In this document: piece after piece, positions 37,864 to 47,121 of the stretch | Layout: every line of letters begins with the position of its first letter | Position numbering within the stretch: position 1 is the stretch's first letter | Assembly: GCA_963768855.1 (NCBI GenBank) | Contig: CAVYJM010000010.1 | Location: forward strand, 145,691-209,690 | DNA from: an uncultured Thermoplasmata archaeon | GTDB lineage: Archaea; Thermoplasmatota; Thermoplasmata; RBG-16-68-12 | DNA length: 64,000 nucleotides | Direction: 5' to 3' | The notes under the pieces: model-generated | Told to the model about the DNA's origin: nothing | What the model saw: only the letters and a program-made list of their open reading frames with translations | Databases searched by the model: none | Made by a program: the position numbers and the translations under genes

Positions 37864-38730
37864 ATGGGAGCGTCCTACGGCTGCCAGAGCATGGTCGACC
37901 CGCTCCGCCGTGTCCTCGTCCGACGTCCGGACGCTTCCTTCGCGGTCGAGGACCCGCGCGCCTGGCACTACACGGGACGCCCGGACCTGGGGGTCGCCCG
38001 GGCGGAGCACGACGCATTCGTCGGCATCCTCCGCGACGCGGGCGTCGAGGTCGTGTATCACGACGCCCCGCAGCCCGGGCGCGCGGACGCGGTCTTCGTC
38101 CATGATCCCGCGATCGTCACGGATCGCGGCGCGATCCTGCTTCGCATGGGCAAGCGGCTCCGCGAGGGGGAGGAGATCGCGATCGGGCAGCGGTTCGAGG
38201 AGGCGGGCGTGCCGATCCTCTGCCGCCTGCAAGGCGAAGCGCGGGCGGAGGGCGGGGACCTGGTGTGGATCGACCACGACACCCTGGCGGTGGGTCAAGG
38301 GTTCCGCACGAACGCGGAGGGTCATCGGCAGATTCGGGAGGCGGTCGAGCCGCTGGGAGTCCGGACGGTGTCCGCTGATCTGCCGTACGGCCAGGGACGC
38401 GACGCCTGCCTCCATCTGATGTCTCTGATCAGCCTGGTGCGACCGAACCTCGCCGTCATCTACGAGCCGCTCCTCCCCGTCCCGCTCCACGAGTTCCTGG
38501 CGGAACTTGGCGTGCGCTTCGTGACTGTCCCCGACGAGGAGTTCCACACGATGGGCTGCAACGTCCTCGCCCTCGCTCCGGGGGAATGCGTGATGCTCGA
38601 GGGGAACCCCGTGACGAGGGCGCGCCTCGAGAAGGCGGGTTGCCGGGTGCGCACGTATCGCGGGAATGAGGTTTCGCTCAAGGCCGAAGGGGGCCCGACC
38701 TGCCTCACGCGGCCGATCCTCCGGCGGTAG
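37864..38730 (+). CDS. Dimethylarginine dimethylaminohydrolase/amidinotransferase (pentein) family enzyme
   Basis: FVHDP, EGGD, CLHL and C-terminal GGPTCLT (catalytic Cys/His/Asp). Confidence 0.88.
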   Translation: MGASYGCQSMVDPLRRVLVRRPDASFAVEDPRAWHYTGRPDLGVARAEHDAFVGILRDAGVEVVYHDAPQPGRADAVFVHDPAIVTDRGAILLRMGKRLREGEEIAIGQRFEEAGVPILCRLQGEARAEGGDLVWIDHDTLAVGQGFRTNAEGHRQIREAVEPLGVRTVSADLPYGQGRDACLHLMSLISLVRPNLAVIYEPLLPVPLHEFLAELGVRFVTVPDEEFHTMGCNVLALAPGECVMLEGNPVTRARLEKAGCRVRTYRGNEVSLKAEGGPTCLTRPILRR

Positions 38731-38740
38731 GGAGCCGAGC

Positions 38741-40000
38741 ATGCGCGACGAGGAGCGACGCGTTCTCGATTCGATCGACATGGACTCGCTGGTCGCCTTG
38801 GTCCGCGAGCTGATCGCCATCCCGAGCCTCGGCGGGCAGGAGCGCGCGGCCCAGGACCACGTGGCCGCGGCGATGCGCCGCATCGGGCTCGAGGTGGACG
38901 TCTGGGATCTCGACCTCCCGACGCTCCGGTCCCACCCCTTGTTCAACATGGAGGTCGAGCGGACGGAGGGACGCGGCGTCGTCGGCACCCTGCGCGGCCA
39001 GGGCGGCGGGAAGGCCTTGATCCTGAACGGCCACGTCGACGTGGTGCCTCCGGGGGATCCCGCGAACTGGCACGCCCCGCCCTGGGAAGGGACGGTCCGG
39101 GATGGCCGGATCTACGGCCGCGGCTCGGTCGATATGAAGGGCGGTCTCGCGTGCGCGCTCTTCGCCGCGAAAGCAATCCGCGAGTCGGGCGTACGCCTTG
39201 CAGGTTCCCTGTTCGTGGAGAGCGTGATCGGCGAGGAGGACGGCGGGGTCGGGACCCTCGCCGCATGCCTCCGGGGGTACCATGCGGACGGCGCGGTCGT
39301 CGTCGAGCCGACAGAACTCAAGGTCGCGCCGTCGCAGGCCGGCGCCCTCACCTTCCGCATCACGGTCCCGGGTCTTTCCGCACACGCGTGCGTGCGCGAA
39401 GAAGGCGTGAGCGCGGTCGAGAAATTCCTCCCGGTCCACGCTGCCCTCATGGACCTGGAGCGGGAGAGGAACCGCGACATCCCGGATCCGCTCTTCCGCC
39501 GCTACCGGCTCCCGTTCGCTCTGAGCTTCGGACGCCTCGAGGCGGGGAATTGGTCCTCTTCCGTGCCGGAGAGCCTGGTCGTCGAGGGACGCTATGGCGT
39601 CGCGGTGGGCGAAGACCCCGAGGATGCCCGGCGGAGCTTCGAAAACGCGGTCCAGCGGGCGGCCGTCGCCGACCCTTGGCTGCGCGAACATCCACCCCGG
39701 ATCGAGTGGTGGGGCGGCCAGTTCCATCCCGCGTCCATCCCGGCCGATCACCCGCTGCCGCAGACCTTGGGCCAGTCGTTCGCGGAGGTGAGCGGTTCCC
39801 CGGCGGTCCTCGAGGGAATGACCTACGGCTCGGACATGCGGCTCCTCGTCCACGCGGGGAAGACGCCCGCCCTCCTTTTCGGCCCCGGGGACGTGAGGCA
39901 GGCCCACCGGCCCGATGAATCCGTGGCCCTTTCCGACCTGCGGACCACCGTGCGTACGCTCGCGCTGACCGCTCTCCGGTTCTGCGGGACAGAGGGCTGA
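38741..40000 (+). CDS. M20 ArgE/DapE family deacylase
   Basis: LNGHVDVVP, YGRGSVDMKGG, VIGEEDGG, EPT, AHRPDE. Confidence 0.88.
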   Translation: MRDEERRVLDSIDMDSLVALVRELIAIPSLGGQERAAQDHVAAAMRRIGLEVDVWDLDLPTLRSHPLFNMEVERTEGRGVVGTLRGQGGGKALILNGHVDVVPPGDPANWHAPPWEGTVRDGRIYGRGSVDMKGGLACALFAAKAIRESGVRLAGSLFVESVIGEEDGGVGTLAACLRGYHADGAVVVEPTELKVAPSQAGALTFRITVPGLSAHACVREEGVSAVEKFLPVHAALMDLERERNRDIPDPLFRRYRLPFALSFGRLEAGNWSSSVPESLVVEGRYGVAVGEDPEDARRSFENAVQRAAVADPWLREHPPRIEWWGGQFHPASIPADHPLPQTLGQSFAEVSGSPAVLEGMTYGSDMRLLVHAGKTPALLFGPGDVRQAHRPDESVALSDLRTTVRTLALTALRFCGTEG

Positions 40001-40010
40001 GGCCTCCGGC

Positions 40011-40526
40011 TCACCAGCGCTCCCAGTGAAGGACCTCGTCCAGCGGCAGCCGCTCCGGAGGCGCGGGTTCCTCGGCGGGCCAACCGAGCGCCACGAGGGT
40101 GACGGGCCGCGCGGCGCGGGGGATTCCCAGGATCCCGCGGACCTCGTCCTCGTCGAAGGAGCCCATCCACACCGCTCCGAGGCCGCGTTCGTGGGCTGCG
40201 AGCAGGAGGTTCTCGGTGGCCGCAGCCGCATCCTGGACCGAGTACAGGTCGCGGCCCCGCGCGCCGTACTTTGCGATCCGGGACGAGTTCGTACAGACCG
40301 CGACGACGACCGGAGCCTGGGCCAGCTCGACCTGGTCGGCGGCGCGGGCGAGCGCTTCACGCCGCGTCTGGTCGCGGACCACGATGAAGTCCCGGGCCTG
40401 CAGGTTTCCCGCGGAAGGAGCCCAGTTCGCGAGTTCGCCGAGTTCGCGGAGGAGTGATTCCGGAACGGGCTCAGGCCGGAACGCCCGGACGCTGCGGCGC
40501 GAGCGGATGGCTGAAGCGAGATCCAT
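40011..40526 (-). CDS. Nitroreductase family protein
   Basis: IRSRRSVRAF, WAPSAGNLQ, AAHERGLGAVWMG. Confidence 0.9.
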   Translation of the reverse strand: MDLASAIRSRRSVRAFRPEPVPESLLRELGELANWAPSAGNLQARDFIVVRDQTRREALARAADQVELAQAPVVVAVCTNSSRIAKYGARGRDLYSVQDAAAATENLLLAAHERGLGAVWMGSFDEDEVRGILGIPRAARPVTLVALGWPAEEPAPPERLPLDEVLHWERW

Positions 40527-40656
40527 GGAATGCGGCAGGGAGGGCACGATGTTTCAACCTGAGGAAACGGTTGTATCGACCGAGCCGCATCGGACTGCCG
40601 GGGCGCGGGTTTCACCGATAGGCCTAAGTAACGCGCGCCGTTAGGCCGGATTCGCT

Positions 40657-40728
40657 GCCGCAGTGGCTTAGGGGTAGAGCGGCGCCTTGGTAAGGCGCAG
40701 GTCGGGGGTTCAATTCCCCCCTGCGGCT
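40657..40728 (+). tRNA. trnT: tRNA-Thr(GGT)
   Basis: GCCGCAG/CTGCGGC acceptor stem, anticodon arm GCGCC-TTGGTAA-GGCGC, T-arm GGGGG-TTCAATT-CCCCC. Confidence 0.95.
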
Positions 40729-40755
40729 CTCCTCACCTCGTCCGGGGAACTCGGT

Positions 40756-41001
40756 CTACTTCTTCTCTCCCTCTTCTTCCAGCTTCTTCCCCGCCTTCTT
40801 GGCGAGGGTTCCGACGCCGGACAGGGCCTTCCCACCGATCTTGAGGGCGCCTTTTCCGACCTTCTTCCCGACGTCCACGGTCGCCTCCCCCGCCCGCTCC
40901 GCGACGTCGCCCGTCTTCGTCATGAGCCCGACAGTCTGCCCGCAGCTCGGGCATGTAGCCGCGCCTTGCGGCAGCTCCGCCCCGCAGTGTTCGCAGTTCA
41001 T
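40756..41001 (-). CDS. Small Zn-ribbon protein with an amphipathic 11-mer repeat tail
   Basis: CEHC..CPSC followed by Gly/Lys-rich 11-residue repeats; SD GGGAG. Confidence 0.75.
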   Translation of the reverse strand: MNCEHCGAELPQGAATCPSCGQTVGLMTKTGDVAERAGEATVDVGKKVGKGALKIGGKALSGVGTLAKKAGKKLEEEGEKK

Positions 41002-41265
41002 GGTACTCCCCAAAAGGGAATCGACCTCGCACTAGCTAACGTTCCTTTGTTCGCTCTTGCCACGTAATCGGGCGCGGCCGAAGCAAGGCTTGAACGGTAG
41101 CGCAGGTACCCTGCGGCTTGGAAATCTTCTCCATCGGGCCCGTGGCCGGTGGCTCGCGACACCGCGCGACCGACCATTCCTTTGGTCCCCCGTCCCGGCG
41201 GCCTGGTGACGCTCCGTCTCCTTGTTGGCGAACCATGCGAACGGGAGGTTCAGGTTGCCGGGTGT

Positions 41266-44013
41266 TCAGAGCTCGTCGTCCGGCTTGTCGGAAGAATCCT
41301 TGGCCTGCCCCTTGCCCTTGACGACTTCCGAAGCAGGCCGCTCAGCGGGGGGTGAGGTCTGGGTCCGCCGGCTCGTCAGAATTCTGTTGCCGGAGACATC
41401 GCGCCGAGTCAAGGCGGTCATCGGAGATCCGCATTGATGACAGACCTTCGCCGTCATGGAGTTGAGCATGCCGCACCGGGGACAAGGTTTCGATCCCTTC
41501 TTGCGCACCTCTTCCTCTTCGCGGAGCCAGTCCTCGAAGGTGAGGAACGTGGGCTGCTTCCGCCACCACCCCTTGAATTCCTGATCGGACAGGGGGCGGT
41601 TGTAGGTCTCCTCCAGTTCCTCCCGGAGTTTCTGGACGACCTCCTCGTACTGGAGGCGCATCTTTTCCTGGTAGTCTTCGATTCCGAGTCCGCCCGTCGT
41701 GAACTCCACGCCGCATTCCGGGCACTCCCGGATATCGACCGGAATCCAGGCTTGGCAGTTCGAGCACTTCGCCATGTCGTTCTCGAACTCCACGCCGCAT
41801 TTGGGGCACCTCGTTGCGTCGACATGGATGAAGGCGCCGCACTCGCCGCATTCGACCATCTTGCCGAGACCGTAGACCTTGAAGTACAACGTCACTCCGA
41901 TGACGATTGCCGCGGCCGTCGCAAGGATGATCAGGAACACCCACCAGGGGATTCCGAGGAAGGGCACGGGGGTGGTCAGGAAGGGCTTGGAGGTCTGCAC
42001 CGCGATCGTGCGGCTGTCCGACTGGATGCCTGTCGGGGAGGGAGTCACGACGACCGTGTAGGAGCCATCCGGGGCGTTTCCGGGCACCGTGACCCTCCCG
42101 ACGAAGAATCCGTTGGTCCCCGAGGTCGACCGGTTCGTCGCGAGGACTGTCGTGCCGGATCGCAGCTCGATGGTCAGGGTGACGCCGACGATTGGGTTCG
42201 TGTTCAGGTCGCGGACGTATCCGGTCACGCTCAGAGAGGTCCCCGGTTCGAGAGCCTGGCCGACGTCCGGCGTCAGAATCGCGACAAATCCCGTAGGGGG
42301 TGGCAGGACATCGACCGTGAGGTTCGCGAAGTTGTTGCTCTCCTGCGCGACGGCGCCTTCGTTGATCGTGTTGTCCGGATCCACCACGAGCGCGAGCGTG
42401 TGCGTGCCCAGGGACGCGACCCCGGTGACGTTCACGGTCTCATTCAGGAACAGAGCCACCGTGAGGCCGTCGACGCGAGCCGCCTGGGCAGAACGGTTCC
42501 CATCGAGGAAAGCCGCGATTGACACGTTGGTGGCGTTCGTCTGGCCTTGGTTGTAGATCAGCACGTGGACCACGAAGGACTGGTTCTGGGTCACGCTGAG
42601 CGTCCCGGGATAGTCGGACTGGAGGAGGACGAGGTCGGGCGGCGTCCGGACGTGGACGTTGCCGAGGACCAAGGTGACCCCCGCGTTATTGTCCTCCGAG
42701 GTGACGGCGGGGTACGGGTTGAAGGCCACTCCGCCAGACGCGTTCGAAGCGCCGTAGGCGACGGCGAGATGGTAATTCCCGAAGGAGTCCGCGTTCGGCA
42801 GGCTCGCACTCGTGATTTCGTCCGTGTAGAGCGGAATGACCGCCAAGCCGTTGAGATCCGTCCGGTTCCACGCGTTCGGACCGCTCGCAGTCCGACCGAG
42901 GTAGGAAAGCGTCGTCGCGCTCGGGATGGGGGAGAGGCCGTTGTCCGGGTACTGGGCCGTCGCCGCACTCGGACTCAGGGTGGACCAGATGGTCGCGCCG
43001 TCGACGGGGAATCCGGTCGCGTCCACGACCTTCGCCCGGAGCCAACGCAGGATGTCGATGCGTCCGCCCGGGCTCGTCACGAACGCGGGCTTCCAGCTCG
43101 TCTCCACCGCGGGGTTCTGCGATGGGTCGATCGTGACGTTGTACAGGTACGCGGCCGATGTGTCGTCGACCTGGAGCTCGTTGTGTACACCCGAGAGGTT
43201 CGAGAAGTCCACTCCGATGTACGAGTCGTACGCGTAGAGCGCGCTTCCCGCGCTCAGGCTGACGTTGCCTTCGACGATCCCCGAAGCGTTGCCTGAGTTC
43301 CGAGCGGTCCAGTTCTCATAGAGCTGCGTGATTTGAGAGCTGTAGACGCTCGCGGTCGTCGAGGCCCACGAGAGCACCGCGCTGTCGTTGTTGTCGTCCT
43401 GGTACACTCCCGTGCCTGCGAGCTCCGCATTCGTGAAACCTCCGATACGGGAGTCCGTGATGCTGATCGTCGCATCTGTCGCGTTGAACCAGCCGGGGAA
43501 CTTGAGCATGGCGCCGTTCGTCATCATGAACCGGCTTCCTGCGCCGGTCACGTTCAGTGCGAGCTTCAGGTACGGGGCAATGGCACGGGTTTGCACGGTG
43601 ACGTTGGAATGATCGAGGACGAGTTCGCCGCCGCCGTTCACGGTGAGCGCATAGTCTACGTGTGAGGTGTCCTTGACGAAGCTCAGGCCCCCGTCGATGA
43701 GGGTGAGGCTGCCACCGGCGTTGATCGTCACGGATCCGTCGACGGTGTAGACAATCCCGCTGCAAGTCTGGGGAGTCGTGATCGTCCAGTTCGCGGCGAT
43801 CAGGCTGCCGCCCTGGTCGCATGTGCTCGCGCGGACCGGGGTGTCGATCGTTACGAGGACGATCGACACACCGCCCATGACGAAGAGCCCTACCCAGAGG
43901 AGGCTGAGAGCCTTGCACCACCGAGTGCCGTTCCGGGGCCGCATCGGCCCTCCCGGACTCCGGTCGAAGGAAGCGGTTGGGAGGAGCATCGCTGCTCGGC
44001 GTCCGGTGGGCAT
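41266..44013 (-). CDS. Large membrane-anchored surface protein: signal/TM, Ser/Thr/Asn-rich beta ectodomain, CARDB-like Ig domain, TM, cytoplasmic multi-Zn-ribbon tail
   Basis: IYNQGQTNATNV...VVDPDNTINEGAVAQESNN (CARDB-like); six CxxC motifs after the TM; TATA TTTAAG about 25 nt before ATG 44013. Confidence 0.8.
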   Translation of the reverse strand: MPTGRRAAMLLPTASFDRSPGGPMRPRNGTRWCKALSLLWVGLFVMGGVSIVLVTIDTPVRASTCDQGGSLIAANWTITTPQTCSGIVYTVDGSVTINAGGSLTLIDGGLSFVKDTSHVDYALTVNGGGELVLDHSNVTVQTRAIAPYLKLALNVTGAGSRFMMTNGAMLKFPGWFNATDATISITDSRIGGFTNAELAGTGVYQDDNNDSAVLSWASTTASVYSSQITQLYENWTARNSGNASGIVEGNVSLSAGSALYAYDSYIGVDFSNLSGVHNELQVDDTSAAYLYNVTIDPSQNPAVETSWKPAFVTSPGGRIDILRWLRAKVVDATGFPVDGATIWSTLSPSAATAQYPDNGLSPIPSATTLSYLGRTASGPNAWNRTDLNGLAVIPLYTDEITSASLPNADSFGNYHLAVAYGASNASGGVAFNPYPAVTSEDNNAGVTLVLGNVHVRTPPDLVLLQSDYPGTLSVTQNQSFVVHVLIYNQGQTNATNVSIAAFLDGNRSAQAARVDGLTVALFLNETVNVTGVASLGTHTLALVVDPDNTINEGAVAQESNNFANLTVDVLPPPTGFVAILTPDVGQALEPGTSLSVTGYVRDLNTNPIVGVTLTIELRSGTTVLATNRSTSGTNGFFVGRVTVPGNAPDGSYTVVVTPSPTGIQSDSRTIAVQTSKPFLTTPVPFLGIPWWVFLIILATAAAIVIGVTLYFKVYGLGKMVECGECGAFIHVDATRCPKCGVEFENDMAKCSNCQAWIPVDIRECPECGVEFTTGGLGIEDYQEKMRLQYEEVVQKLREELEETYNRPLSDQEFKGWWRKQPTFLTFEDWLREEEEVRKKGSKPCPRCGMLNSMTAKVCHQCGSPMTALTRRDVSGNRILTSRRTQTSPPAERPASEVVKGKGQAKDSSDKPDDEL

Positions 44014-44238
44014 TCGGAATCGATTTCGGATGGGTTCTTAAATACGTTCCCGAGCTGTTATCCGCCGCGATACATAGTATTATCACGCGAGAGAACGCCT
44101 CGGTTTCCTGGAAACAGATTTCCGCCCTTTGAGAGCTGGTGGGGAGCCTCTCGTCGCCGCGCCATTCCGTTGGAGGCGCCGTCGTCCGCGAGCTAAGTCG
44201 CGGGATCTCGGTTCATTAGGTATCGGTCTGTGGTAACC

Positions 44239-44298
44239 ACTGCGAACGCGTTATATATCGTCCGGCCGACTGCGAACGTGTCATCCCCGGTCCGGCCG
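44239..44298 (+). repeat. Degenerate 30-bp tandem duplication spanning the pilin promoter
   Basis: ACTGCGAACGCGTTATATATCGTCCGGCCG then ACTGCGAACGTGTCATCCCCGGTCCGGCCG (23/30 identical); the TATA box is only in copy 1. Confidence 0.7.
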
Positions 44299-44309
44299 GA
44301 GGGTCAGTC

Positions 44310-45938
44310 GTGAAGGTCATTCTCCGCGAACAGAAATCCGGTGTCGCGGAAGTCGTGGGGACGATCCTCATCCTCGGGATGACCGTCGCGCTGTTCTCCA
44401 CGGTCATCATGTGGGTCTCAAGCGTGCCCGCGCCGACCGCACAGACGCGGATCGACGTCGCGTCCGTCATGCAGCCGATCTACAGCGCCGCCGGTTTGGT
44501 GATCGGCGTGAACATCACGCTGACCCACCTGGGTGGGGAGGCCCTCCATCCCGTTCCGACGATCGTCTACGTGACCGACCAGCCCGGCTCCAACCCGCCG
44601 ACGACGGACGTCGCCACCCTCCATCTCTTCAACGGGCGGCTCGCGAACCCGAGCGGCCTCCTCGACGGTTCGGACAGCGTGTGGAGCACGGGCGAGCGCT
44701 GGGCATACGAGAACTTTGCGTTCTCGCCATCCGACAGCATCACGGTCACAATCGTGGACACCACGAAGAGCCTGGTCGTGTGGTCGGGGCAGATGAGCCC
44801 GGCCGCAGGGGTCCGGCCCCCGGTCTTCGTGAGTGTGTGGGCGGACGGGACTCCAAGCACTCTCGTTCCCGACCCGGTTCAAGCCGGCTTGGGCTTCGCT
44901 CTCGACGCGCAGGTTATCGATCCGGACGGGGACCTGAACCCGAACTCCGTGTACGCGACGATGACCGTCTGGTATGGGTCCAGCACCGTGTGCCAGATGC
45001 CCCTCCAAATGCGAGACGACGGCGTCTTCCCCGACCACATGCCGGGTGACGGGATCTTCGCCTTGGGCAGAAACGTCTGCATGAACGCCCCTTACCCGGC
45101 GTCAAGCTGGTCCGGATCCTTCATCCTCATCAACGCGACCGACTTGCGTGGCCACCAGACCACGACGCGTTTCGTCCTGAACGTCTTCTCCCAGGGCACG
45201 GGATCCGGCGGTGGCACCACGATTCCGAGCCAGCTGTGGCAGTACATCGGTTACGTCCAGATTCGCACCGGCGAGGTGTGGGTCTCGAACCTGAGCAACC
45301 CCTACACCACGGCGAACACGTACCAACCGTACCGCGTTCCGAAGACCTGGTTGCAGAACGGAGCCCTGTTCCACTTCAGGATGGCGAACCACGGGAACAC
45401 CACGATCTTCGTGGACGGTTGGACTGAGGCCTTCTTCCAGAACACCCAGTCCTCTGCCGGAATCGCGCTCTTCGTCGTGGCGCCCTGCAACCCCACGCCG
45501 GCCGCGGGTGCGGGCGGCGTCGTCGCATATCCGGGCAATCCCACGAACATCAACGACTTCGAATACGCGCATCCCGGGGTCCCTGCGTCGTGCAGCTCGA
45601 CGATCGCTCCGGCGGTCTTTGACATCAATCCGTTCGACCAGCAGACCGGAGGCACCCCCTACGTGACCTTGATCTACAACAAGGTCGCCTTCGGGGCCGG
45701 GTCGACGTACAACTGGCCTGCCTCGGCGACCTATTTCATCAGCATCCTGGTCTCGGGCATGGCGGGGCCCACCAACTACACCTATGCGCAGCTCGTCAGC
45801 GGCGGACCCAACCCGAGCGGCTGCGCGGGACTCGGACCCAACTACAACCCCCACGATCACCTTCTGGACCCGAACCCGGCATGCAGGACGCAGTGGTACG
45901 CCCAGGTCATCCCGTTCATCGGGATGGTTGTGTACTGA
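44310..45938 (+). CDS. Large archaeal type IV pilin-like protein (class III signal peptide, DUF1628-like N-terminus)
   Basis: EQKSG/VAEVVGTILILGMTVALF cleavage site and H-domain; internal MRDDGVFPDHMPGDGIF (choice-of-anchor-X-like). Confidence 0.85.
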   Translation: MKVILREQKSGVAEVVGTILILGMTVALFSTVIMWVSSVPAPTAQTRIDVASVMQPIYSAAGLVIGVNITLTHLGGEALHPVPTIVYVTDQPGSNPPTTDVATLHLFNGRLANPSGLLDGSDSVWSTGERWAYENFAFSPSDSITVTIVDTTKSLVVWSGQMSPAAGVRPPVFVSVWADGTPSTLVPDPVQAGLGFALDAQVIDPDGDLNPNSVYATMTVWYGSSTVCQMPLQMRDDGVFPDHMPGDGIFALGRNVCMNAPYPASSWSGSFILINATDLRGHQTTTRFVLNVFSQGTGSGGGTTIPSQLWQYIGYVQIRTGEVWVSNLSNPYTTANTYQPYRVPKTWLQNGALFHFRMANHGNTTIFVDGWTEAFFQNTQSSAGIALFVVAPCNPTPAAGAGGVVAYPGNPTNINDFEYAHPGVPASCSSTIAPAVFDINPFDQQTGGTPYVTLIYNKVAFGAGSTYNWPASATYFISILVSGMAGPTNYTYAQLVSGGPNPSGCAGLGPNYNPHDHLLDPNPACRTQWYAQVIPFIGMVVY

Positions 45939-46071
45939 GTCACCATGCACGAGGATGGGCCCTTCGATTTCCTCGCCGCGGGCCTTGACGCTGACATCGA
46001 ATTCGATTAGACCGCATCGTGTCAAAATCTGTTCCACTAAGGTTTTGGTAGACAACGTCCACCTGGAAGAC

Positions 46072-46971
46072 GTGCTGCGCCCTGCGAATCAGCACGAGAC
46101 CGCCGCGTTCTTCCTCGTCGAGCGGACGTTACGTCGAACGAGACCCCTTCTGGGCACTCGCGGACTCCGAGCCGCGGTCGTGGAGGAAGGAACGATCGAG
46201 CGCAGCTCGCTCGGACGGCTGCGGCTCCGCTTCAACGGCAACGATTCCGATGACGAGCCCGACAACCGGGTGACGACCCGCCCGTTGTCGGACGAAGAGG
46301 CAGCGTGGTGGGCCGGCCTCCGGAGGATGGTCGACGCCGCCAAGCCGGTCACCGATTCCCAATGGAATCTCGTCTCCATGCGCATCGGGCCACGGGTCCT
46401 CAGCCGTCTGCCCCTGGGTAGCGTGGTGGCATACGATCCCAATGGCACGCCCCCGTTCAAAGGCTCTCTCGATCTCTCGCTCTCCGGAGGGCAGCGCAGT
46501 CCACGTCCGCCCCGACGTGTGCGTCCGTTCGGCGAGGTGGAGCGGCTGGCGGCCATTGACGCTTTCATCCGGGAAGGAGAGTCTCCCATGGGACTCGAGC
46601 CAGCGTTGGCTCCCCAGTGGGAGCTGGCAAAGAATGCCAGACATCCCGATCATCTCGGGGTGTTGGCCCAGTGGGGTCACGGCCGCCGGGGCTCCCGGGG
46701 GAAGTGGCACCGGTGCCCCATCTGCCACGCGCCCGTGGTCAACGGCCGATTCAACCAGCGGATCCCGTTTGGCTCCCTCCGCGCGGGCGAGGGATCGATT
46801 CGCGACCTGCGCGGTGGCTATCTTTCCCGGTTGCGCGAGACGTACCTGATCAGTGACCCGAGCAGTCTCATCGCGCCCTCCCTTCCCGGCAGGGACGACG
46901 AGGCGGAGCACGGTCGGCAGCCGCTTCATCAGGTCGAAGCGGGCCACCCTATCGTCCAGGGAACGCTTTGA
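46072..46971 (+). CDS. Orphan hypothetical protein
   Basis: Open frame with high GC3 and one CPICH motif; start uncertain; an equally long antisense ORF exists. Confidence 0.35.
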   Translation: MLRPANQHETAAFFLVERTLRRTRPLLGTRGLRAAVVEEGTIERSSLGRLRLRFNGNDSDDEPDNRVTTRPLSDEEAAWWAGLRRMVDAAKPVTDSQWNLVSMRIGPRVLSRLPLGSVVAYDPNGTPPFKGSLDLSLSGGQRSPRPPRRVRPFGEVERLAAIDAFIREGESPMGLEPALAPQWELAKNARHPDHLGVLAQWGHGRRGSRGKWHRCPICHAPVVNGRFNQRIPFGSLRAGEGSIRDLRGGYLSRLRETYLISDPSSLIAPSLPGRDDEAEHGRQPLHQVEAGHPIVQGTL

Positions 46972-47121
46972 CGGCGCCCCCCGCTCTCGCGCCCCACCCT
47001 TCGAGATGGTGGATCCGCTCGGGCCGCGCTTCACGCCCCGCCTCGTCGACACGGGCCAGGCGTTCGGCGGGACTCTCGACCACCCCGTCCTCCCCTGCTT
47101 GGTCGAGGGCGAACGAGTGGC

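Noticed and set aside
41014-41265. Short ORFs in the gap between the Zn-ribbon gene and the CARDB gene
   Set aside because: No convincing SD, motif or codon bias in any frame.
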